In this document: piece by piece, positions 27,333 through 36,039 of the stretch | Numbering within the stretch: the stretch's first letter is position 1 | Layout of the letters: each line of letters begins with the position of its first letter | DNA from: Klebsiella phage KP13-26 | DNA: 64,000 nucleotides | Sequence record: OP617743.1 | Reading direction: 5' to 3' (one strand) | Program-made: the position numbers and the translations under genes | Notes under the pieces: generated by a model | What the model was told of the DNA's origin: nothing | Database searches by the model: none | Seen by the model: the letters and a program-made list of their open reading frames with translations, nothing else

Positions 27333-27716
27333 ATGAAGTTGTGGCGTGTAGCAGGGAAGGATGGTAAAGGTTTTTACTACACAGAAGTAAAACCTGGTAT
27401 TACGATGAGCCAAGCTGTAAGCAACGCAATCAACCGAGATATTGGGATGATGGATGAACAGCACCCTCGTCCTAGTGACGATGGTATCCGAGATGTTGAA
27501 GACCACCACCGCTTTGCTTTCTCTTCAATGAGCCAACTGTACAATTGGTTTGATCCAGAGATGTTTTCTGCTAGTTGTAAGCAAGGCGCTATGCTGGAGG
27601 TGTGGGAAGTGGATTCACAGTATGTGAAGTTTGGTCGAACTCAAGTGTGCTTTGAACAAGATAAAGCAAAAAGAATAAAAGTAACAAGACTGGAAAAACA
27701 CAAATTGAGGAGATAG
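27333..27716 (+). CDS. hypothetical protein (127 aa)
   Basis: ORF. Confidence 0.6.
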   Translation: MKLWRVAGKDGKGFYYTEVKPGITMSQAVSNAINRDIGMMDEQHPRPSDDGIRDVEDHHRFAFSSMSQLYNWFDPEMFSASCKQGAMLEVWEVDSQYVKFGRTQVCFEQDKAKRIKVTRLEKHKLRR

Positions 27717-27717
27717 T

Positions 27718-28008
27718 ATGGAACTCGTACAAGAAGTTTATGATAAACTGAAAGATAAAGGCTTAGATTGGCCTATGTATGCTCTTGTCGTGGTAAGAGA
27801 TGATGACGGGGAGATAAAGTTCTCATCCCTGAGTAAAGATTATATCTCAGTAAGCCCAGAGAATAATATTTATATGCGAGGCCAAGACTGTCTGTTTAAT
27901 AACAGAGTGTTACCTGAACCATACTTAGGATATGGTACTAAGAATGCTATGGAGATTGTGACTCGTTACGAGTTTGAACAGTTTTATTTTACTAAAGAGA
28001 ATAAATAG
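27718..28008 (+). CDS. hypothetical protein (96 aa)
   Basis: ORF with GAGGAG RBS. Confidence 0.6.
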   Translation: MELVQEVYDKLKDKGLDWPMYALVVVRDDDGEIKFSSLSKDYISVSPENNIYMRGQDCLFNNRVLPEPYLGYGTKNAMEIVTRYEFEQFYFTKENK

Positions 28009-28016
28009 GAGAAAAT

Positions 28017-28538
28017 ATGAAAGCAAAAGTTATTAGTGCAATAGGTTATAGTTTTGATGCCGAGGTAGTTGGTAAAGTTTTTAATGTTGTTGAAGATTTC
28101 GGTCACGGTGTACGCCTTGATATTAAAAATACATCCAACAACGGGTTTTGGAATTTTCCTAAGAGTCATGTACAACTGATTGAAGATACAGTTTCTGAAC
28201 AAGGAAAAAAGTCGAAGACTAAAGTAAGACAAAAGCCTAAGAAGCAGATACAAACTAAAGTTTATATTTCTTACCGAGATGGTTCTAGCCATTTGACTAA
28301 ACGTGTAGTTAATATTGTTGTACGTGCAGAAGATAAAGTTATCGCTGTAACATCCGAACGTAATGTAGACGGCCTGGTTATTCGTGAGAATGTTACTATC
28401 CCTTCTACTAACATTGATTGGATTGATATCACCGGTAAAGAGGCTCATCACAGTTACTTCTTCGATGAACAGGGTCAAGTAAAAGCTTCTTGTCAATGGT
28501 TTGGAAAAGACCATAAGTTCAAAACACGTAGTCATTAA
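28017..28538 (+). CDS. hypothetical protein (173 aa)
   Basis: ORF with AGGAGAAAA RBS. The antisense ORF at 27984-28535 is rejected. Confidence 0.6.
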   Translation: MKAKVISAIGYSFDAEVVGKVFNVVEDFGHGVRLDIKNTSNNGFWNFPKSHVQLIEDTVSEQGKKSKTKVRQKPKKQIQTKVYISYRDGSSHLTKRVVNIVVRAEDKVIAVTSERNVDGLVIRENVTIPSTNIDWIDITGKEAHHSYFFDEQGQVKASCQWFGKDHKFKTRSH

Positions 28539-28546
28539 TAAAATAA

Positions 28547-28570
28547 ACCCGCCTAGTGCGGGTTTTCTTA
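28547..28570 (+). terminator. Rho-independent terminator
   Basis: ACCCGC-CTAGT-GCGGGT stem followed by TTTCTTA. Confidence 0.6.
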
Positions 28571-28792
28571 TAGGAGAATTTTATGGATGGTCTTTACTTA
28601 TACTGTCAAGTGTGTAATAACTATGTTGCAGGGGAAATTGTGGTTGTGGGTGGACTAATCGTTATCTGAAAGATGAACAGCCTCTACTAGAAGATATTGC
28701 AATGGAAGAACTTATCCAGGAGCTATCGTCACGACTGTTTCATTTCACCCCAGACGAGTTTGAAGATGTCTTAGATGAACTGAGGAGGAATT

Positions 28793-29017
28793 ATGTTAGA
28801 GATTAATGAAGGGTGTATGGCTTTCTTAGTAGATAATCCTTTTCCATTTAGTGTAGGGGTTCATGTTGGAGAAAAGATGCAAGATGGTCTATGGCATTGT
28901 GTATTGATTAGTAAGATTCATCATTACCAAGAGGTTTACCTTCATACAGATCAGATCGCTAGGATATCCGATTATGATGATTTAGTTATTGAACTATATA
29001 GTAAGGGGGTACATTGA
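28793..29017 (+). CDS. hypothetical protein (74 aa)
   Basis: ORF with GAGGAGG RBS. Confidence 0.55.
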   Translation: MLEINEGCMAFLVDNPFPFSVGVHVGEKMQDGLWHCVLISKIHHYQEVYLHTDQIARISDYDDLVIELYSKGVH

Positions 29018-29096
29018 TTGGATTTTGGGAAGGAGTGTTAGTAACACTGGTAATAGTTGTACTCATTGCAGGTTACTTTAGTGATGAATAAAATAA

Positions 29097-29128
29097 AGCC
29101 CTCAGAGCGTTTATGAGGGCTTTTCTCT
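29097..29128 (+). terminator. Rho-independent terminator at the end of the plus-strand block
   Basis: AAGCCCTCA-loop-TGAGGGCTT stem followed by TTCTC. Confidence 0.6.
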
Positions 29129-29204
29129 ATGTAACATGAATCAATGTACTAGGTGAGCTTAGAAACGCTTACAAAGCGATTGAGAGCGTTTTAGACGTTA
29201 TTCA

Positions 29205-29238
29205 AATAAAAGAAAAGGGGCTTTCGCCCCTTTGATTA
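29205..29238 (-). terminator. Bidirectional hairpin terminator at the strand switch
   Basis: GGGGC-TTTC-GCCCC stem flanked by T-runs on both strands. Confidence 0.6.
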
Positions 29239-30051
29239 TCCATTTAGATGATCTTCGACCATCTTAATGAAATGTGCATTGCTGAAGGTCTCAGCAGCTC
29301 CTGCATAGTAAACAACGACTCCCCTTTCTTCATAGAGGTTTTGTTCAAGATAATTCAAGCCGGGGTTAACAACGATCATCTTGGTTCCCATGTTTAGCGC
29401 AGGAAACAGTTCCCAGTTAAAGTTGATTACTTGGTTAGAGCAGCCAACTACAATTACCATATCTTGCCCTGTTAGGGTATCGAACAACGCATACATGTCG
29501 TTGTAGAGAGGTGCAGCCTCACCGAAGAACACAACATTAGGTTTAACCCAGTGGAATGCGTCGATATCCACATGAGCGTAGCCAACGTCCACCAGTGTTT
29601 CTTGAGAACTAGGCTCTAAACGATAACGGATCTCAGGTAAATAGCCGTGAACATGGAGTACAGATTCACGAGCCACACCAGCACGTTCCAACAGATCATC
29701 AACGTTAGTCGTGATGTTGTAGACACGCTCAGGAGCCATTGCAAACCATTTAGCAATTTGCAGGTGAGCTGCGTTAGGCTCTACAGTTGCTAGTTCTACA
29801 CGACGCTTGTTGTAGAAATTGTTTGTCTTCTCGTACAAATCCATCCCGTCATCATCAATACCACCTACAACAGGAACATCAGGGGATGTACGGCGGCGAT
29901 AGCCAGCTTGGAATGCACCAATATCACACACTTCAGCAAGATCATACTCGTCCCATAGTGCTTTCCCACTATCGGTATCGGTACGAAATGTACGCACACC
30001 GCTATCGGCGCTAAGTCCAGCACCGGAAACCACAATTAACCTTCTTGGCAT
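29236..30051 (-). CDS. SIR2 (sirtuin)-family NAD-dependent enzyme, no Zn ribbon
   Basis: Motifs GAGLSADSGVRTFR, TTNVDDLLERAG, VHG and KPNVVFFGE. Internal ATG 30051 preceded by GGAGGG. Confidence 0.7.
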   Translation of the reverse strand: MPRRLIVVSGAGLSADSGVRTFRTDTDSGKALWDEYDLAEVCDIGAFQAGYRRRTSPDVPVVGGIDDDGMDLYEKTNNFYNKRRVELATVEPNAAHLQIAKWFAMAPERVYNITTNVDDLLERAGVARESVLHVHGYLPEIRYRLEPSSQETLVDVGYAHVDIDAFHWVKPNVVFFGEAAPLYNDMYALFDTLTGQDMVIVVGCSNQVINFNWELFPALNMGTKMIVVNPGLNYLEQNLYEERGVVVYYAGAAETFSNAHFIKMVEDHLNG

Positions 30052-30167
30052 TTTTATCCCTCCACTATTTAATACACATTGTGTTTGATAATTTATCATA
30101 TCTTGATAATTCATATTTCACCTATACAAATAAAGCCCCAGGAAGGGGCTTTTATTAATTTTGAACA

Positions 30168-30827
30168 CTATACCACAGTTTTCATGTAGTTGTCAAATGT
30201 TTCTTTGTCTCCATTGGCAACCCAACAGGAGAAGTCTTCCTTCGGGTCTGGGGTTACACCTTCTTTCCAATCCCAACGAACATGACCACCATACTTCGCA
30301 CCAGGGAAAGTGTACTCCGCAGTATGAGTGATACGTCCAGGGCCACCCTCAAACTTGGTAAAGGTGAGCTGTGGATAGCAACGCATGACTGTTTCAATCC
30401 ACCAATCAAGACGATCTTTCGCCTCGTTGATGTAATAGGCATGGCGTTCCATCTCATCCCAATCGAACCATACACCCTGTTCATTCTGGAAAAACACGAG
30501 TTTCAGAGGATCATAGATATACGTGTAGTAATCATCGTTTTCCTCTTCGCCATTATATCCTTCCCAAGCTTCGCGCAGTTCTTTGTTATCATGTGCAGAG
30601 TACATCCACCAACCATGCTCCAAAAGAGCTTTATAAGGAACATAACCCTTTTCTGCATATTGGTCAAATTCTTTCACACGATGGACTTTACAGTATTCGT
30701 CGTCACCACCAATATCGAGCATACAAGCTCCACGACGACGAGCTGCCAAGCCGTGAGAGTCAAATACAACTACACTACCTTCGTAATCATTGCGATCAAC
30801 TTGATACGCCACCAGTTTCTTTGTCAT
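30168..30827 (-). CDS. hypothetical protein (219 aa), SIR2 operon
   Basis: ATG 30827 after GGAG; TAATG overlap with the Zn-ribbon gene. Confidence 0.55.
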   Translation of the reverse strand: MTKKLVAYQVDRNDYEGSVVVFDSHGLAARRRGACMLDIGGDDEYCKVHRVKEFDQYAEKGYVPYKALLEHGWWMYSAHDNKELREAWEGYNGEEENDDYYTYIYDPLKLVFFQNEQGVWFDWDEMERHAYYINEAKDRLDWWIETVMRCYPQLTFTKFEGGPGRITHTAEYTFPGAKYGGHVRWDWKEGVTPDPKEDFSCWVANGDKETFDNYMKTVV

Positions 30828-31006
30828 TATTTGCTCTCCAAACTTTTGTAACCAGTTTTGCAACTGTTACACTCATATATGTTTAATTTAGTATTGTCTG
30901 GTTTATGGAAGCAATTACAGCCGCACTTACAACTAAATTCTTTTCCGCCTACTGTTAAAATGAATGTTTCAATCTTTCCATCTTCTAGTGTCACTGGTTC
31001 TGCCAT
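30827..31006 (-). CDS. Cys-rich zinc-ribbon protein (59 aa)
   Basis: Sub-cutoff ORF with seven Cys (CKCGCNC...CNSC); GGAGG RBS. Confidence 0.5.
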   Translation of the reverse strand: MAEPVTLEDGKIETFILTVGGKEFSCKCGCNCFHKPDNTKLNIYECNSCKTGYKSLESK

Positions 31007-31027
31007 ACTACCTCCGTAGAAATTATC

Positions 31028-31171
31028 TTAGTAATATAAACTTAATATTGCTGCTAGGCATAGCAAAGATACCAGCAACCATGTAGTGTATTTTACCACT
31101 TTGTATCTAAAGATAGTAGGATCGGTAGCCAACTTTGATAACATCTCTAACACTGCCACTACCGCCTCCAT
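31028..31171 (-). CDS. small membrane protein (47 aa)
   Basis: Sub-cutoff hydrophobic ORF; TAATG overlap with the upstream gene; coordinates approximate. Confidence 0.35.
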   Translation of the reverse strand: MEAVVAVLEMLSKLATDPTIFRYKVVKYTTWLLVSLLCLAAILSLYY

Positions 31172-31854
31172 TACACACCTCTATTAGCCTTAAATACAGC
31201 ACGAGCAAACCCACGAGGCGTGAGAGATCGCAACTGTTTAGTTTTCTGGCTCTTCCCGCCTAGACTTTTCCATCCCCAAAACCAGTTTTGGTATTCTTTA
31301 ACCGGATTCTTAGGAGGCATGACAAATCCGTTACCACACCAGATACATGTTTTCTTTGTGTAAGCATCACAGAAAGGCATCTTAGGATGAAAACTCCCCT
31401 CTTCGGGGCGAAGATGCGCCCCATACTCCCACGGATGAAAATAATAATTAGGAAGCTTCCATTTAGTAGAAAGTTTACCTACTGGGTTTTCAATCATGTA
31501 GGGTACATTATATTTGTTACCTAATGTCTCTACTATACGAACATTTTTCAAAGCTTCATCAAGTTCTTCTTCAGTTCTCTCATGTTGCTCTCCACTGTTT
31601 GCTAGGAAAGTACACGAAGGGAACCCAAAGATAATGCTAGGGGCATCCCCACCATTATTACCCATCCCAGTAGGATCGAAAGTTTCATCAATCCAAGTAT
31701 CCACATATGTGATTAATGGGTGTTCCATTTTAATCACATATTGTCCATGATCCGCAGCACTGGAATTAAAGCAATACACTTGATATCCAGCCTCAGCCCA
31801 GGGAAGCCCCATGATTCCTGAGCCATCATAAAGGCACCATACCACTTTACTCAT
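31171..31854 (-). CDS. C5-cytosine methyltransferase-like catalytic-domain protein (truncated, no target-recognition domain)
   Basis: Motif I LYDGSGIMGLPWAEAG, motif IV-like GFPSC and motif VI IENPVG. The 227-aa length is too short for a complete C5-methyltransferase. Confidence 0.45.
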   Translation of the reverse strand: MSKVVWCLYDGSGIMGLPWAEAGYQVYCFNSSAADHGQYVIKMEHPLITYVDTWIDETFDPTGMGNNGGDAPSIIFGFPSCTFLANSGEQHERTEEELDEALKNVRIVETLGNKYNVPYMIENPVGKLSTKWKLPNYYFHPWEYGAHLRPEEGSFHPKMPFCDAYTKKTCIWCGNGFVMPPKNPVKEYQNWFWGWKSLGGKSQKTKQLRSLTPRGFARAVFKANRGV

Positions 31855-32784
31855 TCAATCTCCTTGAAATGGTTTAACGATGTGACTGTTAGCTTTGAAT
31901 CGCTCGATGTAATCAGTTTCACCCATGCTCTCATAGAATTTCATAACTACTCCGAAATTCTCCCAAGCGTACTCACGGAAGTAGCCTGACGTTATAGAGG
32001 TGCAAACCTTGCTCAAAGCCATAACAAAACTCTGACGAGCAGGAACTTCAAAATTAAAAGGGATCTGCGAACGTTCCAGTGCTAAGACACAGCTTTCTTC
32101 GTACACACCGAGAAGACGGATATGATTTTCTTGCTCAAAGAACTTTTCTTTGGAGGTCATCACTTCACTATCATCTTTCATATACGATTTGTATGCAGGA
32201 ACACCGAGAACTGCCACCGCTTCGTGAATGGTGTCATGATCGTACACATATGGCACTTCGTCGCCTTTGAAGAAGTCTTTGCTCTTCACATCCAAGTTTG
32301 GGTGAGAATAGTTATAGGTTTCTTTCTCACGCAGTTTGAATACTTCTTCTAACTCCGGCGGAATTTTAGCCCCAAGAGAGCGCATGAAATGAATGTCGTT
32401 CATGGTCTTGAAAAAGTGTGGACTGTTCTTCTTATAACGATGACTCATTTTCAGAAGATACAGAACATCTACCGGAGCCACGAAATCACCGTTGTTAAGG
32501 AACATACTCTGTGGGCTTGCCTTGCAATATTGGATCAGAATATCTGTGCTATCGCCCGGTTGAGCAATATCAAACTCGATATGTGTCCCATCTGTCAGTT
32601 TGACATGACCTTTGTTGCCAGTACGTTCCACAAGCTCAACGCCTTCTTCGTGGGTGTAACGCATGAATGCTATACTCCACTCCTTCTCTGTGCAAAGAAA
32701 GTCAAGATCAAGACAAGGGCGATAAAATTTCTTAGCCTCCCGTTCTAATTGAATCTCTAAACCACGGCTACCAACCATAATCAT
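31855..32784 (-). CDS. hypothetical protein (309 aa), first gene of the SIR2 operon
   Basis: GAGGAG RBS; stop adjacent to the 31854 start. Confidence 0.6.
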   Translation of the reverse strand: MIMVGSRGLEIQLEREAKKFYRPCLDLDFLCTEKEWSIAFMRYTHEEGVELVERTGNKGHVKLTDGTHIEFDIAQPGDSTDILIQYCKASPQSMFLNNGDFVAPVDVLYLLKMSHRYKKNSPHFFKTMNDIHFMRSLGAKIPPELEEVFKLREKETYNYSHPNLDVKSKDFFKGDEVPYVYDHDTIHEAVAVLGVPAYKSYMKDDSEVMTSKEKFFEQENHIRLLGVYEESCVLALERSQIPFNFEVPARQSFVMALSKVCTSITSGYFREYAWENFGVVMKFYESMGETDYIERFKANSHIVKPFQGD

Positions 32785-32854
32785 AATGTTTCTCCTCTCT
32801 TAAATGATAGATAGAGTTTACTTAGTATTATACCCAATGTCAATACTTAGACAA

Positions 32855-32877
32855 TAAAAAACCCGCCGAAGCGGGTT
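32855..32877 (-). terminator. Rho-independent terminator (minus strand)
   Basis: ACCCGC-TTCG-GCGGGT stem followed by TTTTTT. Confidence 0.6.
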
Positions 32878-32885
32878 CTTGTCAT

Positions 32886-33251
32886 TTAACACATTTCTGA
32901 AGAAGACACCCAGATACCTTGAGTTAGTTTACCTTCCTCATCGGCATATTCACTTGCTCGCCAGCCCAGGTAGTATTCTTCAATATCTGTACCTTTAGGA
33001 TAATATGTTTGTCCATTTTCCCCATATTCACCCCAGTAGGCTTGTACACCACCCTCGTCAGCCAAAGCGGCTATCTGATCTTTCACCGTCTCCACATATT
33101 CTTCTGCGGCTTTGGTCAGCTCTTGAATTTCTTTATCGTAATCACGTTTTTCCATTTTCTTCTCCTCTGCTTCTGCGATTAAGTTTAGCTCTGGCATCAG
33201 GAATGACCAGAGCAATTCATTAGCAACTGGACGTGACCCAAACTGATCCAT
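32886..33251 (-). CDS. WxSSSxxC-tail paralog F (121 aa)
   Basis: Ends GIWVSSSEMC. Start taken at ATG 33251; the listed 33290 start is TTG. Confidence 0.5.
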   Translation of the reverse strand: MDQFGSRPVANELLWSFLMPELNLIAEAEEKKMEKRDYDKEIQELTKAAEEYVETVKDQIAALADEGGVQAYWGEYGENGQTYYPKGTDIEEYYLGWRASEYADEEGKLTQGIWVSSSEMC

Positions 33252-33444
33252 CTGCGTACACTCCAAACGTTTCGGAATTTCCTTCGCCAAAACAGTCAGA
33301 AGACTGCCAATCTTCGAAGGTCATTTCTCCATCACAACTGATATCTAATCCGAAATCATTAGCTTCAGCCAGTGCGTGTAGTTCTTTAATGATTTTTTGT
33401 GCTTCAAGTGCCTTCTCTTGAATCTGATCAATGTTACGTGACAT
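33220..33444 (-). CDS. WxSSSxxC-tail paralog E (74 aa)
   Basis: Ends SVWVTSSC; ATG 33444 after AGAGGGT. Confidence 0.5.
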   Translation of the reverse strand: MSRNIDQIQEKALEAQKIIKELHALAEANDFGLDISCDGEMTFEDWQSSDCFGEGNSETFGVYADGSVWVTSSC

Positions 33445-33470
33445 TTTTGTACCCTCTATTGTTAAACTGC

Positions 33471-33499
33471 TTTCATTATAGGGCAAAACTTCATGCCCT
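33471..33499 (-). promoter_or_regulatory. Minus-strand sigma70 promoter TTGCAG-N17-TATAAT with GGGCA/TGCCC spacer palindrome
   Basis: Seen on the reverse complement. Confidence 0.45.
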
Positions 33500-33529
33500 G
33501 CAATAAAAATTCTTACATCATAACCCATA

Positions 33530-33724
33530 CTAGCAACCCAGAGAAGACGGGAACCAGTTATCACCAGTATACTCGTTTTCTTCTTCTGGATCAAAGTAAC
33601 CGCCCATGCCGTAAGCCGGATGGAAACCAAAACCTTCACCTGTTTCCAAGGATAGACGCTGTGCTTCTTCAAGAGCGGCTCTTGCCGCAGCTACTGCTTC
33701 GCTTACTGTTTTAAATTCACCCAT
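33530..33724 (-). CDS. WxSSSxxC-tail paralog D (64 aa)
   Basis: Ends DNWFPSSLGC; AGGAG RBS. Confidence 0.5.
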   Translation of the reverse strand: MGEFKTVSEAVAAARAALEEAQRLSLETGEGFGFHPAYGMGGYFDPEEENEYTGDNWFPSSLGC

Positions 33725-33739
33725 TTTTATCTCCTATTA

Positions 33740-34177
33740 TTACCAGCAAATACTGCTTGAAATCCAACCATGCTCATATCCAGCGTTAATGTGCGCTGAA
33801 AGAACTTGCTCTTTACCTACACTAAACTTTCCGTCTTCGTAGACGAAAGGTTCTTGGATACCAGATTCTTCCCAGAGATTCATCAGCACCTGTTTAGCAG
33901 TGTTGATTTCATCCAGGCGTTCTTTACTAACCATAACATTGTTGTAGCAATAATCATAGATTGCATCTTCCTGAATAGGTTCCATAGTCTCTTTGTTATA
34001 AGCCCATGTGGTCAGCATGTAATCATCTGTCCAATAAGGTTTAACTTCGAGAGGAATACCTTCCACATGAAGACGCTCATCTTCATCACCCAAGAACAAA
34101 ACGGTAAATTTATATTCGCCGCTACTTAGATCGTAGTAATCTTCACCTACACGAAGGTTGTCAATGTTATTATACAT
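33740..34177 (-). CDS. WxSSSxxC-tail paralog C (145 aa)
   Basis: Ends HGWISSSICW; AAGGGG RBS. Confidence 0.55.
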   Translation of the reverse strand: MYNNIDNLRVGEDYYDLSSGEYKFTVLFLGDEDERLHVEGIPLEVKPYWTDDYMLTTWAYNKETMEPIQEDAIYDYCYNNVMVSKERLDEINTAKQVLMNLWEESGIQEPFVYEDGKFSVGKEQVLSAHINAGYEHGWISSSICW

Positions 34178-34186
34178 TTTAGCCCC

Positions 34187-34606
34187 TTAACAAGTCATGC
34201 TACTAGAGCACCAAGCATGAGTACCTTGGATATAGGCAGAGCATTCGTCGTTACCAATATACACACGGTCATCTGATACAATAAGATCTCTTGTATTTAC
34301 ACCCAGAGACTTCAGCGTATCCACGATGTGTTGGCGTTCTTTATCTTTTCTTTTACGTTCTACAGGATCGATTAGACCGTGTTCATTAATAAATTCTTCA
34401 ATATAATTATCCCCTTCAATAAATTCGTCATTATAATAATCTTCGTAAAGAATTGCATCGTTATGTTCAGGGAGTTCATTCATTTCTTCTAGATATGCCT
34501 GTTTGTCTTCATCACTAGACCAAACACCATCAGCAAACACAATGCGAGCTACTTCATCACCCCAATTATCTTCGAATACTTGCCCAGCCACATATTTATT
34601 CTTCAC
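34187..34606 (-). CDS. WxSSSxxC-tail paralog B (139 aa)
   Basis: Ends THAWCSSSMTC; GTG start after GAGGAG. Confidence 0.55.
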   Translation of the reverse strand: MKNKYVAGQVFEDNWGDEVARIVFADGVWSSDEDKQAYLEEMNELPEHNDAILYEDYYNDEFIEGDNYIEEFINEHGLIDPVERKRKDKERQHIVDTLKSLGVNTRDLIVSDDRVYIGNDECSAYIQGTHAWCSSSMTC

Positions 34607-34880
34607 AAGGTATCTCCTCTTCTAATACTGCTTTAATTTTAAATGCTTTACTTCCTAAGTAACCGTCGCAACGGTCTTCATCCCCATAGTGCGAATAAAA
34701 GTCAAATTGTACAGTTGATTCACTCATTAGAAAAATCATATCTGTATGCTTTGTACCTTCGGGAACAATATTTTGGATATGCGGTAGAAGTTTACAATCA
34801 TAAAAACAAAGATCACCCGCACTACCTACTTCATCCCAACCTTCCCAAGACTCCACAAAAGAATGTTCTAAGCCTGCCAT
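34596..34880 (-). CDS. hypothetical acidic protein (94 aa)
   Basis: GAGGAGGG RBS. Confidence 0.55.
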   Translation of the reverse strand: MAGLEHSFVESWEGWDEVGSAGDLCFYDCKLLPHIQNIVPEGTKHTDMIFLMSESTVQFDFYSHYGDEDRCDGYLGSKAFKIKAVLEEEIPCEE

Positions 34881-34895
34881 ACAACCCTCCTCTAG

Positions 34896-35054
34896 TTAAC
34901 AATCATAAGAAGAACTACGCCAAGAGACATTTACTTCAACATTTTCCCCATCTTCTAAAGTAATGTTGAAATAATCATGCCCTAAACCCTCAGCACGAGC
35001 CATAACAATGGCCTCTTCTAGCTTTTGTGCAATCAGTTGCTCGATAGTTTTCAT
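34896..35054 (-). CDS. WxSSSxxC-tail paralog A (52 aa)
   Basis: Sub-cutoff ORF ending VSWRSSSYDC; GAGGAG RBS. Confidence 0.45.
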   Translation of the reverse strand: MKTIEQLIAQKLEEAIVMARAEGLGHDYFNITLEDGENVEVNVSWRSSSYDC

Positions 35055-35077
35055 TTACTTCTCCTCTATTCTAAATA

Positions 35078-35521
35078 TTACACCAATACACTCTTGCTGA
35101 TATCTTCTAAAAGAAAGCTGAATTCTAGAACTAAAAAATCTCCTTCAGAATTACTTTCTATATATACAGAAAAACCAACATCTGTGTTATCCTTAGAGAG
35201 TGGCCCCAAGTGAAGTTTATATTCTTTATGATCTTCTTTTGTATATGTTACTGTATAGAACATATCCCTAAGTAACCCAGCCACAAAACGTTGTTTTTCT
35301 AACGGATTGGTATAAGTTAAAAGCTTCTCTTTTTGCTCCTCATTCAAAGGTCTTTCTACTGTATAGAAAGGAATTTCTTTCTTTTCTTCAGAATTAAGAA
35401 TTACCGTAGAGTTTGTAGAATAAACCCTGTCTTTTAAACCCACCTCGTCTAACTTATCATTTACATATTTAGTTAAAGCAGGTGTTAATTTGAATATCTC
35501 GTTTACTTGTCTTATCGTCAT
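35078..35521 (-). CDS. hypothetical protein (147 aa)
   Basis: TAATG overlap with the upstream gene. Confidence 0.6.
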   Translation of the reverse strand: MTIRQVNEIFKLTPALTKYVNDKLDEVGLKDRVYSTNSTVILNSEEKKEIPFYTVERPLNEEQKEKLLTYTNPLEKQRFVAGLLRDMFYTVTYTKEDHKEYKLHLGPLSKDNTDVGFSVYIESNSEGDFLVLEFSFLLEDISKSVLV

Positions 35522-36039
35522 TACCAGGTATCTCCCTTTGGCTTGATAACCTCAACGAAGAAAGAAGTTTCCATTTGCAGAGTATTGTTTAAAATAAACC
35601 CGTATAAAGGATACGCTGTAGTTCCTGCATATTGAATAGTATCAGCAGGAGCAAAATGCACAGCTACTTTTTGTGCTCCGTTATCTAACTCATGAACAAT
35701 TGCACGTAAGATCTCATTCACCATCACGGTAGTGAATGTTTGCAGTACAGTGTTTTCAAATGGAACATACCCTAAGAAATGAAGATTAATATCTTCAATC
35801 TCTTGTTGAGTCAAATCTTTATCCAGTGGATAAAATGGAATAGTATATGCAACGTTATCTTTTGTCAAGAAGACATCACAATTATGATAAAGGAAGTCTA
35901 CTTTGTCCATAACAAAACGAATACCTTGCCAAAGTGTATCTTGTACACGTTCTTGGATAGCCTCAGTTAAATCTACGAGATCGTGATGCATATGACTTAC
36001 ATTAGTACGTTCTCCTCCTCTAAGACATGCTTTAAGCAT
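35521..36039 (-). CDS. hypothetical protein (172 aa)
   Basis: GAGGAGG RBS. Confidence 0.6.
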   Translation of the reverse strand: MLKACLRGGERTNVSHMHHDLVDLTEAIQERVQDTLWQGIRFVMDKVDFLYHNCDVFLTKDNVAYTIPFYPLDKDLTQQEIEDINLHFLGYVPFENTVLQTFTTVMVNEILRAIVHELDNGAQKVAVHFAPADTIQYAGTTAYPLYGFILNNTLQMETSFFVEVIKPKGDTW

